NCBI GenBank assembly: GCA_964016885.1
Contig: OZ024743.1
Location: 55,614,001 to 55,678,000, forward strand
DNA from: Eledone cirrhosa
Taxonomy: Eukaryota
DNA length: 64,000 nucleotides
Reading direction: 5' to 3'
Part shown: positions 22,001 to 34,000 of the stretch, in pieces
Layout of the letters: each line of letters begins with the position of its first letter
Numbering within the stretch: the stretch's first letter is position 1
Notes under the pieces: generated by a model
Seen by the model: only the letters and a program-made list of their open reading frames with translations
Told to the model about the DNA's origin: nothing
Database searches by the model: none
Position numbers and translations under genes: made by a program

Positions 22001-25000
22001 GCTGAATAAGTCCTGGTGTTGTTGTTGTTGTTGTTGTTTGTGTTGATGATGCTTTAGCTGAGTATGTCTTGTTGTTGTTGCTGTTGTTGTTTGTGTTGAT
22101 GATGCTTTAGCTGAGTATGTGCTGGTGTTGTTGCTGTTGTTGTTTGTGTTGATGATGCTTTAGCTAAGTATGTCCTGGTGGTGTTGTTGTTGTTGTTTGT
22201 GTTGATTATGCTTTAGCTGAGTATGTCCTGGTGTTGTTGCTGTTGTTGTTTGTGTTGATGATGCTTTAGCTGAGTATGTCCTGGAGTTGTTGCTGTTGTT
22301 GTTTGTGTTGATGATGCTTTAGCTGAGTATGTCCTGGTGTTGTTGCTGTTGTTGTTTGTGTTGATGATGCTTTAGCTGAGTATGTGCTGGTGTTGTTGTT
22401 GATGTTGATTGTGTTGATGATGCTTTAGCTGAGTCTGTCCTGGTGTTGTTGCTGTTGTTGTTTGTGTTGATGATGCTTTAGCTGAGTATGTCCTGGTGTT
22501 GTTGCTGTTGTTGTTTGTGTTGATGATGCTTTAGCTGAGTATATCCTGGTGTTGTTGCTGTTGTTGATTGTGTTGATGATGCTTTAGCTGAGTCTGTCCT
22601 GGTGTTGTTGCTGTTGTTGTTTGTGTTGATGCTTTAGCTGAGTATGTCCTGGTGTTGCTGCTGTTGTTGTTTGTGTTGATGATGCTTTAGCTGAGTATGT
22701 CCTGGTGTTGTTGTTGTTGTTGTTTGTGGTGATGATGCTTTAGCTGAGTATGTCCTGGTGTTGTTGCTGTTGTTGTTTGTGTTGATGATGCTTTAGCTGA
22801 GTATGTCCTGGTGTTGTTGCTGTTGTTGTTCGTGTTGATGATGCTTTAGCTGAGTATGTCCTGGTGTTGTTGCTGTTGTTGTTTGTGTTGATGATGCTTT
22901 AGCTGAGTATGTGCTGGTGTTGTTGTTGATGTTGATTGTGTTGATGATGCTTTAGCTGAGTCTGTCCTGGTGTTGTTGCTGTTGTTGTTTGTGTTGATGA
23001 TGCTTTAGCTGAGTATGTCCTGGTGTTGTTGCTGTTGTTGTTTGTGTTGATGATGCTTTAGCTGAGTATATCCTGGTGTTGTTGCTGTTGTTGATTGTGT
23101 TGATGATGCTTTAGCTGAGTCTGTCCTGGTGTTGTTGCTGTTGTTGTTTGTGTTGATGCTTTAGCTGAGTATGTCCTGGTGTTGCTGCTGTTGTTGTTTG
23201 TGTTGATGATGCTTTAGCTGAGTATGTCCTGGTGTTGTTGTTGTTGTTGTTTGTGGTGATGATGCTTTAGCTGAGTATGTCCTGGTGTTGTTGCTGTTGT
23301 TGTTTGTGTTGATGATGCTTTAGCTGAGTATGTCCTGGTGTTGTTGCTGTTGTTGTTCGTGTTGATGATGCTTTAGCTGAGTATGTCCTGGTGTTGTTGC
23401 TGTTGTTGTTTGTGTTGATGATGCTTTAGCTGAGTATGTCCTGGTGTTGTTGATGTTGTTGATTGTGTTGATGATGCTTTAGCTGAGTATGTCCTGGTGT
23501 TGTTGCTGGTGTTGTTTGTGTTGATGATGCTTTAGTTGAGTATGTCCTGGTGTTGTTGCTGTTGTTGATTGTGTTGATGATGCATTAGCTGAGTATGTCC
23601 TGGTGTTGTTGCTGTTGTTGTTTGTGTTGATGATGCTTTAGCTGAGTATGTCCTGGTGTTGTTGATGTTGTTGTTTGTGTTGATGATGCTTTAGCTGAGT
23701 AAGTCCTTATGTTGTTGTTGTTGTTGTTTGTGTTGATTATGCTTTAGCTGAGTATGTCCTGGTGTTGTTGCTGGTGTTGTTTGTGTTGATGATGCTTTAG
23801 CTGAGTATGTCCTGGTGTTGTTGCTGTTATTGTTTGTGTTGATGATGCTTTAGCTGAGTATGTCCTGGTGTTGTTGTTACTGTTGTTGTATTTGTTGATG
23901 ATGCTATAGCTGAGTATGTCCTGGTGTTGTTGCTGTTGTTGTTTGTGTTGATGATGCTTTAGCTGAGTATGTCCTGGTGTTGTTGCTGTTGTTGTTTGTG
24001 TTGATGATGCTTTAGCTGAGTATGTCCTGGTGTTGTTGCTGTTGTTGTTTGTGTTGATGATGCTTTAGCTGAGTATGTCCTGGTGTTGGTGCTGTTGTTG
24101 TTTGTGTTGATGATGCTTTAGCTGAGTATGTCCTGGTGTTGTTGATGTTGTTGATTGTGTTGATGATGCTTTAGCTGAGTATGTCCTGGTGTTGTTGCTG
24201 TTGTTGTTTGTTTTGATGATGCTTTTGCTGAGTATGTCCTGGTGTTTTTGCTGTTGTTGTTTGTGTTGATGATGCTTTAGCTGAGTATGTCCTGGTGTTG
24301 TTACTGTTGTTGTTTTTGTTGATGATGCTTTAGCTGAGTATGTCCTGGTGTTGTTGATGTTGTTGTTTGTGTTGATGATGCTTTAGCTGAGTAAGTCCTG
24401 GTGTTGTTGTTGTTGTTGTTGTTGTTTGTGTTGATGATGCTTTAGCTGAGTATGTCTTGTTGTTGTTGCTGTTGTTGTTTGTGTTGATGATGCTATAGCT
24501 GAGTATGTCCTGGTGTTGTTGCTGTTGTTGTTTGTGTTGATGATGCTTTAGCTAAGTATGTCCTGGTGTTGTTGCTGTTGATGATGCTTTAGCTGAGTAT
24601 GTCCTGGTGTTGTTGCTGTTGTTGTTTGTGTTGATGATGCTTTAGCTGTGTATGTCCTGGTGTTGTTGCTGTTGTTTGTGTTGATGATGCTTTAGCTGAG
24701 TATGTCCTGGTGTTGTTGATGTTGTTGATTGTGTTGATGATGCTTTAGCTGAGTATGTCCTGTTGTTGTTGCTGTTGTTGTTTGTGTTGATGATGCTTTA
24801 GCTGAGTATGTCCTGTTGTTGTTGCTGTTGTTGTTTGTGTTGATGATGCTTTAGCTGAGTATGTGCTGGTGTTGTTGTTGTTGTTGTTTGTGTTGATGAT
24901 GCTTTAGCTGAGTATGTCCTGGTGTTGTTGCTGTTGTTGTTTGTGTTGATTATTCTTTAGCTGAGTATGTCCTGGTGTTGTTGCTATTGTTGTTTGTGTT

Positions 25001-28000
25001 GATGATGCTTTAGCTGAGTATGTCCTGGTGTTGTTCCTGTTGTTGTTTGTGTTGATGATGCTTTAGCTGAGTATGTCCTGGTGTTGTTGCTGTTGTTGTT
25101 TGTGTTGATTATTCTTTAGCTGAGTATGTCCTGGTGTTGTTGCTGGTGTTGTTTGTGTTGATGATGCTTTAGCTGAGTATGTCATGTGTTGTTGCTGTTG
25201 TTGTTTGTGTTGATGATGCTTTAGCTGAGTATGTCCTGGTGTTGTTCCTGTTGTAGTTTGTGTTGATGATGCTTTAGCTGAGTATGTCCTGGTGTTGTTG
25301 CTGTTGTTGTTTGTGTTGATGATGCTTTAGCTGAGTATGTCCTGGTGTTGTTGCTGGTGTTGTTTGTGTTGATGATGCTTTAGCTGAGTATGTCATGGTG
25401 TTGTTGCTGTTGTTGTTTGTGTTGATGATGCTTTAGCTGAGTATGTCCTGGTGTTGTTCCTGTTGTTGTTTGTGTTGATGATGCTTTAGCTGAGTATGTC
25501 CTGGTGTTGTTCCTGTTGTTGTTTGTGTTGATGATGCTTTAGCTGAGTATGTCCTGGTGTTGTTGCTGGTGTTGTTTGTGTTGATGATGCTTTAGCTGAG
25601 TATGTCATGGTGTTGTTGATGTTGTTGTTTGTGTTGATGATGCTTTAGCTGAGTATGTCCGGGTGTTGTTGCTGGTGTTGTTTGTGTTGATGATGCTTTA
25701 GCTGAGTATGTCCTGGTGTTGTTGCTGTTGTTGTTTGTGTTGATGATGCTTTAGCTGAGTGTGTCCTGGTGTTGTTGCTGTTGTTGTTTGTGTTGATGAT
25801 GCTTTAGCTGAGTATGTCCGGGTGTTGTTGCTGGTGTTGTTTGTGTTGATGATGCTTTAGCTGAGTATGTCCTGGTGTTGTTGCTGTTGTTGTTTGTGTT
25901 GATGATGCTTTAGCTGAGTGTGTCCTGGTGTTGTTGCTGTTGTTGTTTGTGTTGATGATGCTTTAGCTGAGTATGTCCGGGTGTTGTTGCTGGTGTTGTT
26001 TGTGTTGATGATGCTTTAGCTGAGTATGTCCTGGTGTTGTTGCTGTTGTTGTTTGTGTTGATGATGCTTTAGCTGAGTATGTCCTGGTGCTGTTGATGTT
26101 GTTGTTTGTGTTGATGATGCTTTAGCTGAGTATGTCCTGTTGTTGTTGCTGTTGTTGTTTGTGTTGATGATGCTTTAGCTGAGTATGTCCTGGTGTTGTT
26201 GCTGTTGTTGTTTGTGTTGATGATGCTTTAGCTGAGTATGTCCTGGTGTTGTTGCTGTTGTTGTTTGTGTTGATGATGCTTTAGCTGTGTATGTCCTGGT
26301 GTTGTTGCTGTTGTTGTTTGTGTTGATGATGCTTTAGCTGAGTATGTCCTGGTGCTGTTGATGTTGTTGTTTGTGTTGATGATGCTTTAGCTGAGTATGT
26401 CCTGTTGTTGTTGCTGTTGTTGTTTGTGTTGATGATGCTTTAGCTGAGTATGTCCTGGTGTTGTTGCTGTTGTTGTTTGTGTTGATGATGCTTTAGCTGA
26501 GTATGTCCTGGTGTTGTTGCTGTTGTTGTTTGTGTTGATGATGCTTTAGCTGTGTATGTCCTGTTGTTGTTGCTGTTGTTGTTTGTGTTGATGATGCTTT
26601 AGCTGTGTATGTCCTGGTGTTGTTGCTGTTGTTGTTTGTGTTGATGATGCTTTAGCTGAGTATGTCCTGGTGTTGTTGCTGTTGTTGTTTGTATTGATGA
26701 TGCTTTAGCTGAGTATGTCCTGGTGTTGTTGCTGTTGTTGTTTGTGTTGATGATGCTTTAGCTGAGTATGTCCTGGTGTTGTTGCTGTTGTTGTTTGTAT
26801 TGATGATGCTTTAGCTGAGTATGTCCTGGTGTTGTTGATGTTGTTGATTGTGTTGATGGTGCTTTAGCTGAGTATGTCCTTGTGTTGTTGATGTTGTTGT
26901 TTGTGTTGATGATGCTTTAGCTGAGTATGTCCTGGTGTTGTTGCTGTTGTTGTTTGTGTTGATGATGCTTTAGCTGAGTATGTCCTGGTGTTGTTGCTGT
27001 TGTTGTTTGTATTGATGATGCTTTAGCTGAGTATGTCCTGGTGTTGTTGCTGTTGTTGTTTGTATTGATGATGCTTTAGCTGAGTATGTCCTGGTGTTGT
27101 TGATGTTGTTGATTGTGTTGATGGTGCTTTAGCTGAGTATGTCCTGGTGTTGTTGCTGTTGTTGTTTGTATTGATGATGCTTTAGCTGAGTATGTCCTGG
27201 TGTTGTTGCTGTTGTTGTTTGTGTTGATGATGCTTTAGCTGAGTATGTCCTGGTGTTGTTGATGTTGTTGTTTGTGTTGATGATGCTTTAGCTGAGTAAG
27301 TCCTGGTGTTGTTGTTGTTGTTGTTGTTTGTGTTGATGATGCTTTAGCTGAGTATGTCTTGTTGTTGTTGCTGTTGTTGTTTGTGTTGATGATGCTTTAG
27401 CTGAGTATGTGCTGGTGTTGTTGCTGTTGTTGTTTGTGTTGATGATGCTTTAGCTAAGTATGTCCTGGTGTTGTTGTTGTTGTTGTTTGTGTTGATTATG
27501 CTTTAGCTGAGTATGTCCTGGTGTTGTTGCTGTTGTTGTTTGTGTTGATGATGCTTTAGCTGAGTATGTCCTGGTGTTGTTGCTGTTGTTGTTTGTGTTG
27601 ATGATGCTTTAGCTGAGTATGTCCTGGAGTTGTTGCTGTTGTTGTTTGTGTTGATGATGCTTTAGCTGAGTATGTCCTGGTGTTGTTGCTGTTGTTGTTT
27701 GTGTTGATGATGCTTTAGCTGAGTATGTGCTGGTGTTGTTGTTGATGTTGATTGTGTTGATGATGCTTTAGCTGAGTCTGTCCTGGTGTTGTTGCTGTTG
27801 TTGTTTGTGTTGATGATGCTTTAGCTGAGTATGTCCTGGTGTTGTTGCTGTTGTTGTTTGTATTGATGATGCTTTAGCTGAGTATATCCTGGTGTTGTTG
27901 CTGTTGTTGATTGTGTTGATGATGCTTTAGCTGAGTCTGTCCTGGTGTTGTTGCTGTTGTTGTTTGTGTTGATGCTTTAGCTGAGTATGTCCTGGTGTTG

Positions 28001-31000
28001 CTGCTGTTGTTGTTTGTGTTGATGATGCTTTAGCTGAGTATGTCCTGGTGTTGTTGTTGTTGTTGTTTGTGGTGATGATGCTTTAGCTGAGTATGTCCTG
28101 GTGTTGTTGCTGTTGTTGTTTGTGTTGATGATGCTTTAGCTGAGTATGTCCTGGTGTTGTTGCTGTTGTTGTTCGTGTTGATGATGCTTTAGCTGAGTAT
28201 GTCCTGGTGTTGTTGCTGTTGTTGTTTGTGTTGATGATGCTTTAGCTGAGTATGTCCTGGTGTTGTTGATGTTGTTGATTGTGTTGATGATGCTTTAGCT
28301 GAGTATGTCCTGGTGTTGTTGCTGGTGTTGTTTGTGTTGATGATGCTTTAGTTGAGTATGTCCTGGTGTTGTTGCTGTTGTTGTTTGTGTTGATGATGCT
28401 TTAGCTGAGTAAGTCCTGGTGTTGTTGTTGTTGTTGTTTGTGTTGATGATGCTTTAGCTGAGTATGTCCTGGTGTTGTTGCTGTTGTTGATTGTGTTGAT
28501 GATGCATTAGCTGAGTATGTCCTGGTGTTGTTGCTGTTGTTGTTTGTGTTGATGATGCTTTAGCTGAGTATGTCCTGGTGTTGTTGATGTTGTTGTTTGT
28601 GTTGATGATGCTTTAGCTGAGTAAGTCCTGGTGTTGTTGTTGTTGTTGTTTGTGTTGATTATGCTTTAGCTGAGTATGTCCTGGTGTTGTTGCTGGTGTT
28701 GTTTGTGTTGATGATGCTTTAGCTGAGTATGTCCTGGTGTTGTTGCTGTTGTTGTTTGTGTTGATGATGCTTTAGCTGAGTATGTCCTGGTGTTGTTGTT
28801 ACTGTTGTTGTTTTTGTTGATGATGCTATAGCTGAGTATGTCCTGGTGTTGTTGCTGTTGTTGTTTGTGTTGATGATGCTTTAGCTGAGTATGTCCTGGT
28901 GTTGTTGCTGTTGTTGTTTGTGTTGATGATGCTTTAGCTGTGTATGTCCTGGTGTTGTTGCTGTTGTTGTTTGTGTTGATGATGCTTTAGCTGAGTATGT
29001 CCTGGTGTTGTTGCTGTTGTTGTTTGTGTTGATGATGCTTTAGCTGAGTATGTCCTGGTGTTGGTGCTGTTGTTGTTTGTGTTGATGATGCTTTAGCTGA
29101 GTATGTCCTGGTGTTGTTGATGTTGTTGATTGTGTTGATGATGCTTTAGCTGAGTATGTCCTGGTGTTGTTGCTGTTGTTGTTTGTGTTGATGATGCTTT
29201 TGCTGAGTATGTCCTGGTGTTTTTGCTGTTGTTGTTTGTGTTGATGATGCTTTAGCTGAGTATGTCCTGGTGTTGTTACTGTTGTTGTTTTTGTTGATGA
29301 TGCTTTAGCTGAGTATGTCCTGGTGTTGTTGATGTTGTTGTTTGTGTTGATGATGCTTTAGCTGAGTAAGTCCTGGTGTTGTTGTTGTTGTTGTTGTTGT
29401 TTGTGTTGATGATGCTTTAGCTGAGTATGTCTTGTTGTTGTTGCTGTTGTTGTTTGTGTTGATGATGCTTTAGCTGAGTATGTCCTGGTGTTGTTGCTGT
29501 TGTTGTTTGTGTTGATGATGCTTTAGCTAAGTATGTCCTGGTGTTGTTGCTGTTGATGATGCTTTAGCTGAGTATGTCCTGGTGTTGTTGCTGTTGTTGT
29601 TTGTGTTGATGATGCTTTAGCTGTGTATGTCCTGGTGTTGTTGCTGTTGTTTGTGTTGATGATGCTTTAGCTGAGTATGTCCTGGTGTTGTTGATGTTGT
29701 TGATTGTGTTGATGATGCTTTAGCTGAGTATGTCCTGTTGTTGTTGCTGTTGTTGTTTGTGTTGATGATGCTTTAGCTGAGTATGTCCTGTTGTTGTTGC
29801 TGTTGTTGTTTGTGTTGATGATGCTTTAGCTGAGTATGTGCTGGTGTTGTTCTTGTTGTTGTTTGTGTTGATGATGCTTTAGCTGAGTATGTCCTGGTGT
29901 TGTTGCTGTTGTTGTTTGTGTTGATTATTCTTTAGCTGAGTATGTCCTGGTGTTGTTGCTATTGTTGTTTGTGTTGATGATGCTTTAGCTGAGTATGTCC
30001 TGGTGTTGTTCCTGTTGTTGTTTGTGTTGATGATGCTTTAGCTGAGTATGTCCTGGTGTTGTTGCTGTTGTTGTTTGTGTTGATTATTCTTTAGCTGAGT
30101 ATGTCCTGGTGTTGTTGCTGGTGTTGTTTGTGTTGATGATGCTTTAGCTGAGTATGTCATGTGTTGTTGCTGTTGTTGTTTGTGTTGATGATGCTTTAGC
30201 TGAGTATGTCCTGGTGTTGTTCCTGTTGTAGTTTGTGTTGATGATGCTTTAGCTGAGTATGTCCTGGTGTTGTTGCTGTTGTTGTTTGTGTTGATGATGC
30301 TTTAGCTGAGTATGTCCTGGTGTTGTTGCTGGTGTTGTTTGTGTTGATGATGCTTTAGCTGAGTATGTCATGGTGTTGTTGCTGTTGTTGTTTGTGTTGA
30401 TGATGCTTTAGCTGAGTATGTCCTGGTGTTGTTCCTGTTGTTGTTTGTGTTGATGATGCTTTAGCTGAGTATGTCCTGGTGTTGTTCCTGTTGTTGTTTG
30501 TGTTGATGATGCTTTAGCTGAGTATGTCCTGGTGTTGTTGCTGGTGTTGTTTGTGTTGATGATGCTTTAGCTGAGTATGTCATGGTGTTGTTGCTGTTGT
30601 TGTTTGTGTTGATTATTCTTTAGCTGAGTATGTCCTTGTGTTGTTGCTGTTGTTGTTTGTGTTGATGATGCTTTAGCTGAGTATGTCCTGGTGTTGTTGC
30701 TGGTGTTGTTTGTGTTGATGATGCTTTAGCTGAGTATGTCCTGGTGTTGTTGCTGTTGTTGTTTGTGTTGATGATGCTTTAGCTGAGTATGTCCTGGTGT
30801 TGTTGATGTTGTTGTTTGTGTTGATGATGCTTTAGCTGAGTATGTCCTGTTGTTGTTGCTGTTGTTGTTTGTGTTGATGATGCTTTAACTGAGTATGTGC
30901 TGGTGTTGTAGCTGTTGTTGATTGTGTTGATGATGCTTTAGCTGAGTATGTCCTGCTGTTGTTGCTGTTGTTGTTTGTGTTGATTATTCTTTAGCTGAGT

Positions 31001-34000
31001 ATGTCCTGGTGTTGTTGCTGGTGTTGTTTGTGTTGATGATGCTTTAGCTGAGTATGTCCTGGTGTTGTTGCTGTTGTTGTTTGTGTTGATGATGCTTTAG
31101 CTGAGTATGTCCTGGTGTTGTTGATGTTGTTGTTTGTGTTGATGATGCTTTAGCTGAGTATGTCCTGTTGTTGTTGCTGTTGTTGTTTGTGTTGATGATG
31201 CTTTAGCTGAGTATGTGCTGGTGTTGTTGCTGTTGTTGTTTGTGTTGATGATGCTTTAGCTAAGTTTGTCCTGGTGTTGTTGTTGTTGTTGTTTGTGTTG
31301 ATTATGCTTTAGCTGAGTATGTCCTGGTGTTGTTGCTGTTGTTGTTTGTGTTGATGATGCTTTAGCTGAGTAAGTCCTGGTGTTGTTGTTGTTGTTGTTT
31401 GTGTTGATGATGCTTTAGCTGAGTATGTCCTGGTGTTGTTGCTGTTGTTGTTTGTATTGATGATGCTTTAGCTGTGTATGTCCTGGTGTTGTTGCTGTTG
31501 TTGTTTGTGTTGATGATGCTTTAGCTGAGTATGTCCTGGTGTTGTTGCTGTTGTTGTTTGTGTTGATGATGCTTTAGCTGAGTATGTCCTGGTGTTGTTG
31601 ATGTTGTTGATTGTGTTGATGATGCTTTAGCTGAGTATGTCCTGGTGTTGTTGCTGTTGTTGTTTGTGTTGATGATGCTTTAGCTGAGTATGTCCTGGTG
31701 TTGTTGATGTTGTTGTTTGTGTTGATGATGCTTTAGCTGAGTAAGTCCTGGTGTTGTTGTTGTTGTTGTTGTTTGTGTTGATGATGCTTTAGCTGAGTAT
31801 GTCTTGTTGTTGTTGCTGTTGTTGTTTGTGTTGATGATGCTTTAGCTGAGTATGTGCTGGTGTTGTTGCTGTTGTTGTATGTGTTGATGATGCTTTAGCT
31901 AAGTATGTCCTGGTGTTGTTGTTGTTGTTGTTTGTGTTGATTATGCTTTAGCTGAGTATGTCCTGGTGTTGTTGCTGTTGTTGTTTGTGTTGATGATGCT
32001 TTAGCTGAGTATGTCCTGGTGTTGTTGCTGTTGTTGTTTGTGTTGATGATGCTTTAGCTGAGTATGTCCTGGAGTTGTTGCTGTTGTTGTTTGTGTTGAT
32101 GATGCTTTAGCTGAGTATGTCCTGGTGTTGTTGCTGTTGTTGTTTGTGTTGATGATGCTTTAGCTGAGTATGTGCTGGTGTTGTTGTTGATGTTGATTGT
32201 GTTGATGATGCTTTAGCTGAGTCTGTCCTGGTGTTGTTGCTGTTGTTGTTTGAGTTGATGATGCTTTAGCTGAGTATGTCCTGGTGTTGTTGCTGTTGTT
32301 GTTTGTGTTGATGATGCTTTAGCTGAGTATATCCTGGTGTTGTTGCTGTTGTTGATTGTGTTGATGATGCTTTAGCTGAGTCTGTCCTGGTGTTGTTGCT
32401 GTTGTTGTTTGTGTTGATGCTTTAGCTGAGTATGTCCTGGTGTTGCTGCTGTTGTTGTTTGTGTTGATGATGCTTTAGCTGAGTATGTCCTGGTGTTGTT
32501 GTTGTTGTTGTTTGTGGTGATGATGCTTTAGCTGAGTATGTCCTGGTGTTGTTGTTGTTGTTGTTTGTGTTGATGATGCTTTAGCTGAGTATGTCCTGGT
32601 GTTGTTGCTGTTGTTGATTGTGTTGATGATGCATTAGCTGAGTATGTCCTGGTGTTGTTGCTGTTGTTGTTTGTGTTGATGATGCTTTAGCTGAGTATGT
32701 CCTGGTGTTGTTGATGTTGTTGTTTGTGTTGATGATGCTTTAGCTGAGTAAGTCCTGGTGTTGTTGTTGTTGTTGTTTGTGTTGATTATGCTTTAGCTGA
32801 GTATGTCCTGGTGTTGTTGCTGGTGTTGTTTGTGTTGATGATGCTTTAGCTGAGTATGTCCTGGTGTTGTTGCTGTTGTTGTTTGTGTTGATGATGCTTT
32901 AGCTGAGTATGTCCTGGTGTTGTTGTTACTGTTGTTGTTTTTGTTGATGATGCTATAGCTGAGTATGTCCTGGTGTTGTTGCTGTTGTTGTTTGTGTTGA
33001 TGATGCTTTAGCTGAGTATGTCCTGGTGTTGTTGCTGTTGTTGTTTGTGTTGATGATGCTTTAGCTGTGTATGTCCTGGTGTTGTTGCTGTTGTTGTTTG
33101 TGTTGATGATGCTTTAGCTGAGTATGTCCTGGTGTTGTTGCTGTTGTTGTTTGTGTTGATGATGCTTTAGCTGAGTATGTCCTGGTGTTGGTGCTGTTGT
33201 TGTTTGTGTTGATGATGCTTTAGCTGAGTATGTCCTGGTGTTGTTGATGTTGTTGATTGTGTTGATGATGCTTTAGCTGAGTATGTCCTGGTGTTGTTGC
33301 TGTTGTTGTTTGTGTTGATGATGCTTTTGCTGAGTATGTCCTGGTGTTTTTGCTGTTGTTGTTTGTGTTGATGATGCTTTAGCTGAGTATGTCCTGGTGT
33401 TGTTACTGTTGTTGTTTTTGTTGATGATGCTTTAGCTGAGTATGTCCTGGTGTTGTTGATGTTGTTGTTTGTGTTGATGATGCTTTAGCTGAGTAAGTTC
33501 TGGTGTTGTTGTTGTTGTTGTTGTTTGTGTTGATGATGCTTTAGCTGAGTATGTCTTGTTGTTGTTGCTGTTGTTGTTTGTGTTGATGATGCTTTAGCTG
33601 AGTATGTGCTGGTGTTGTTGCTGTTGTTGTTTGTGTTGATGATGCTTTAGCTAAGTATGTCCTGGTGTTGTTGTTGTTGTTGTTTGTGTTGATTATGCTT
33701 TAGCTGAGTATGTCCTGGTGTTGTTGCTGTTGTTGTTTGTGTTGATGATGCTTTAGCTGAGTATGTCCTGGTGTTGTTGCTGTTGTTGTTTGTGTTGATG
33801 ATGCTTTAGCTGAGTATGTCCTGGTGTTGTTGTTGATGTTGTTGTTTGTGTTGATGATGCTTTAGCTGAGTATGTCCTGGTGTTGTTGCTGTTGTTGTTT
33901 GTGTTGATGATGCTTTAGCTGAGTATGTCCTGGTGTTGTTGCTGGTGTTGTTTGTGTTGATGATGCTTTAGCTGAGTATGTCATGGTGTTGTTGCTGTTG

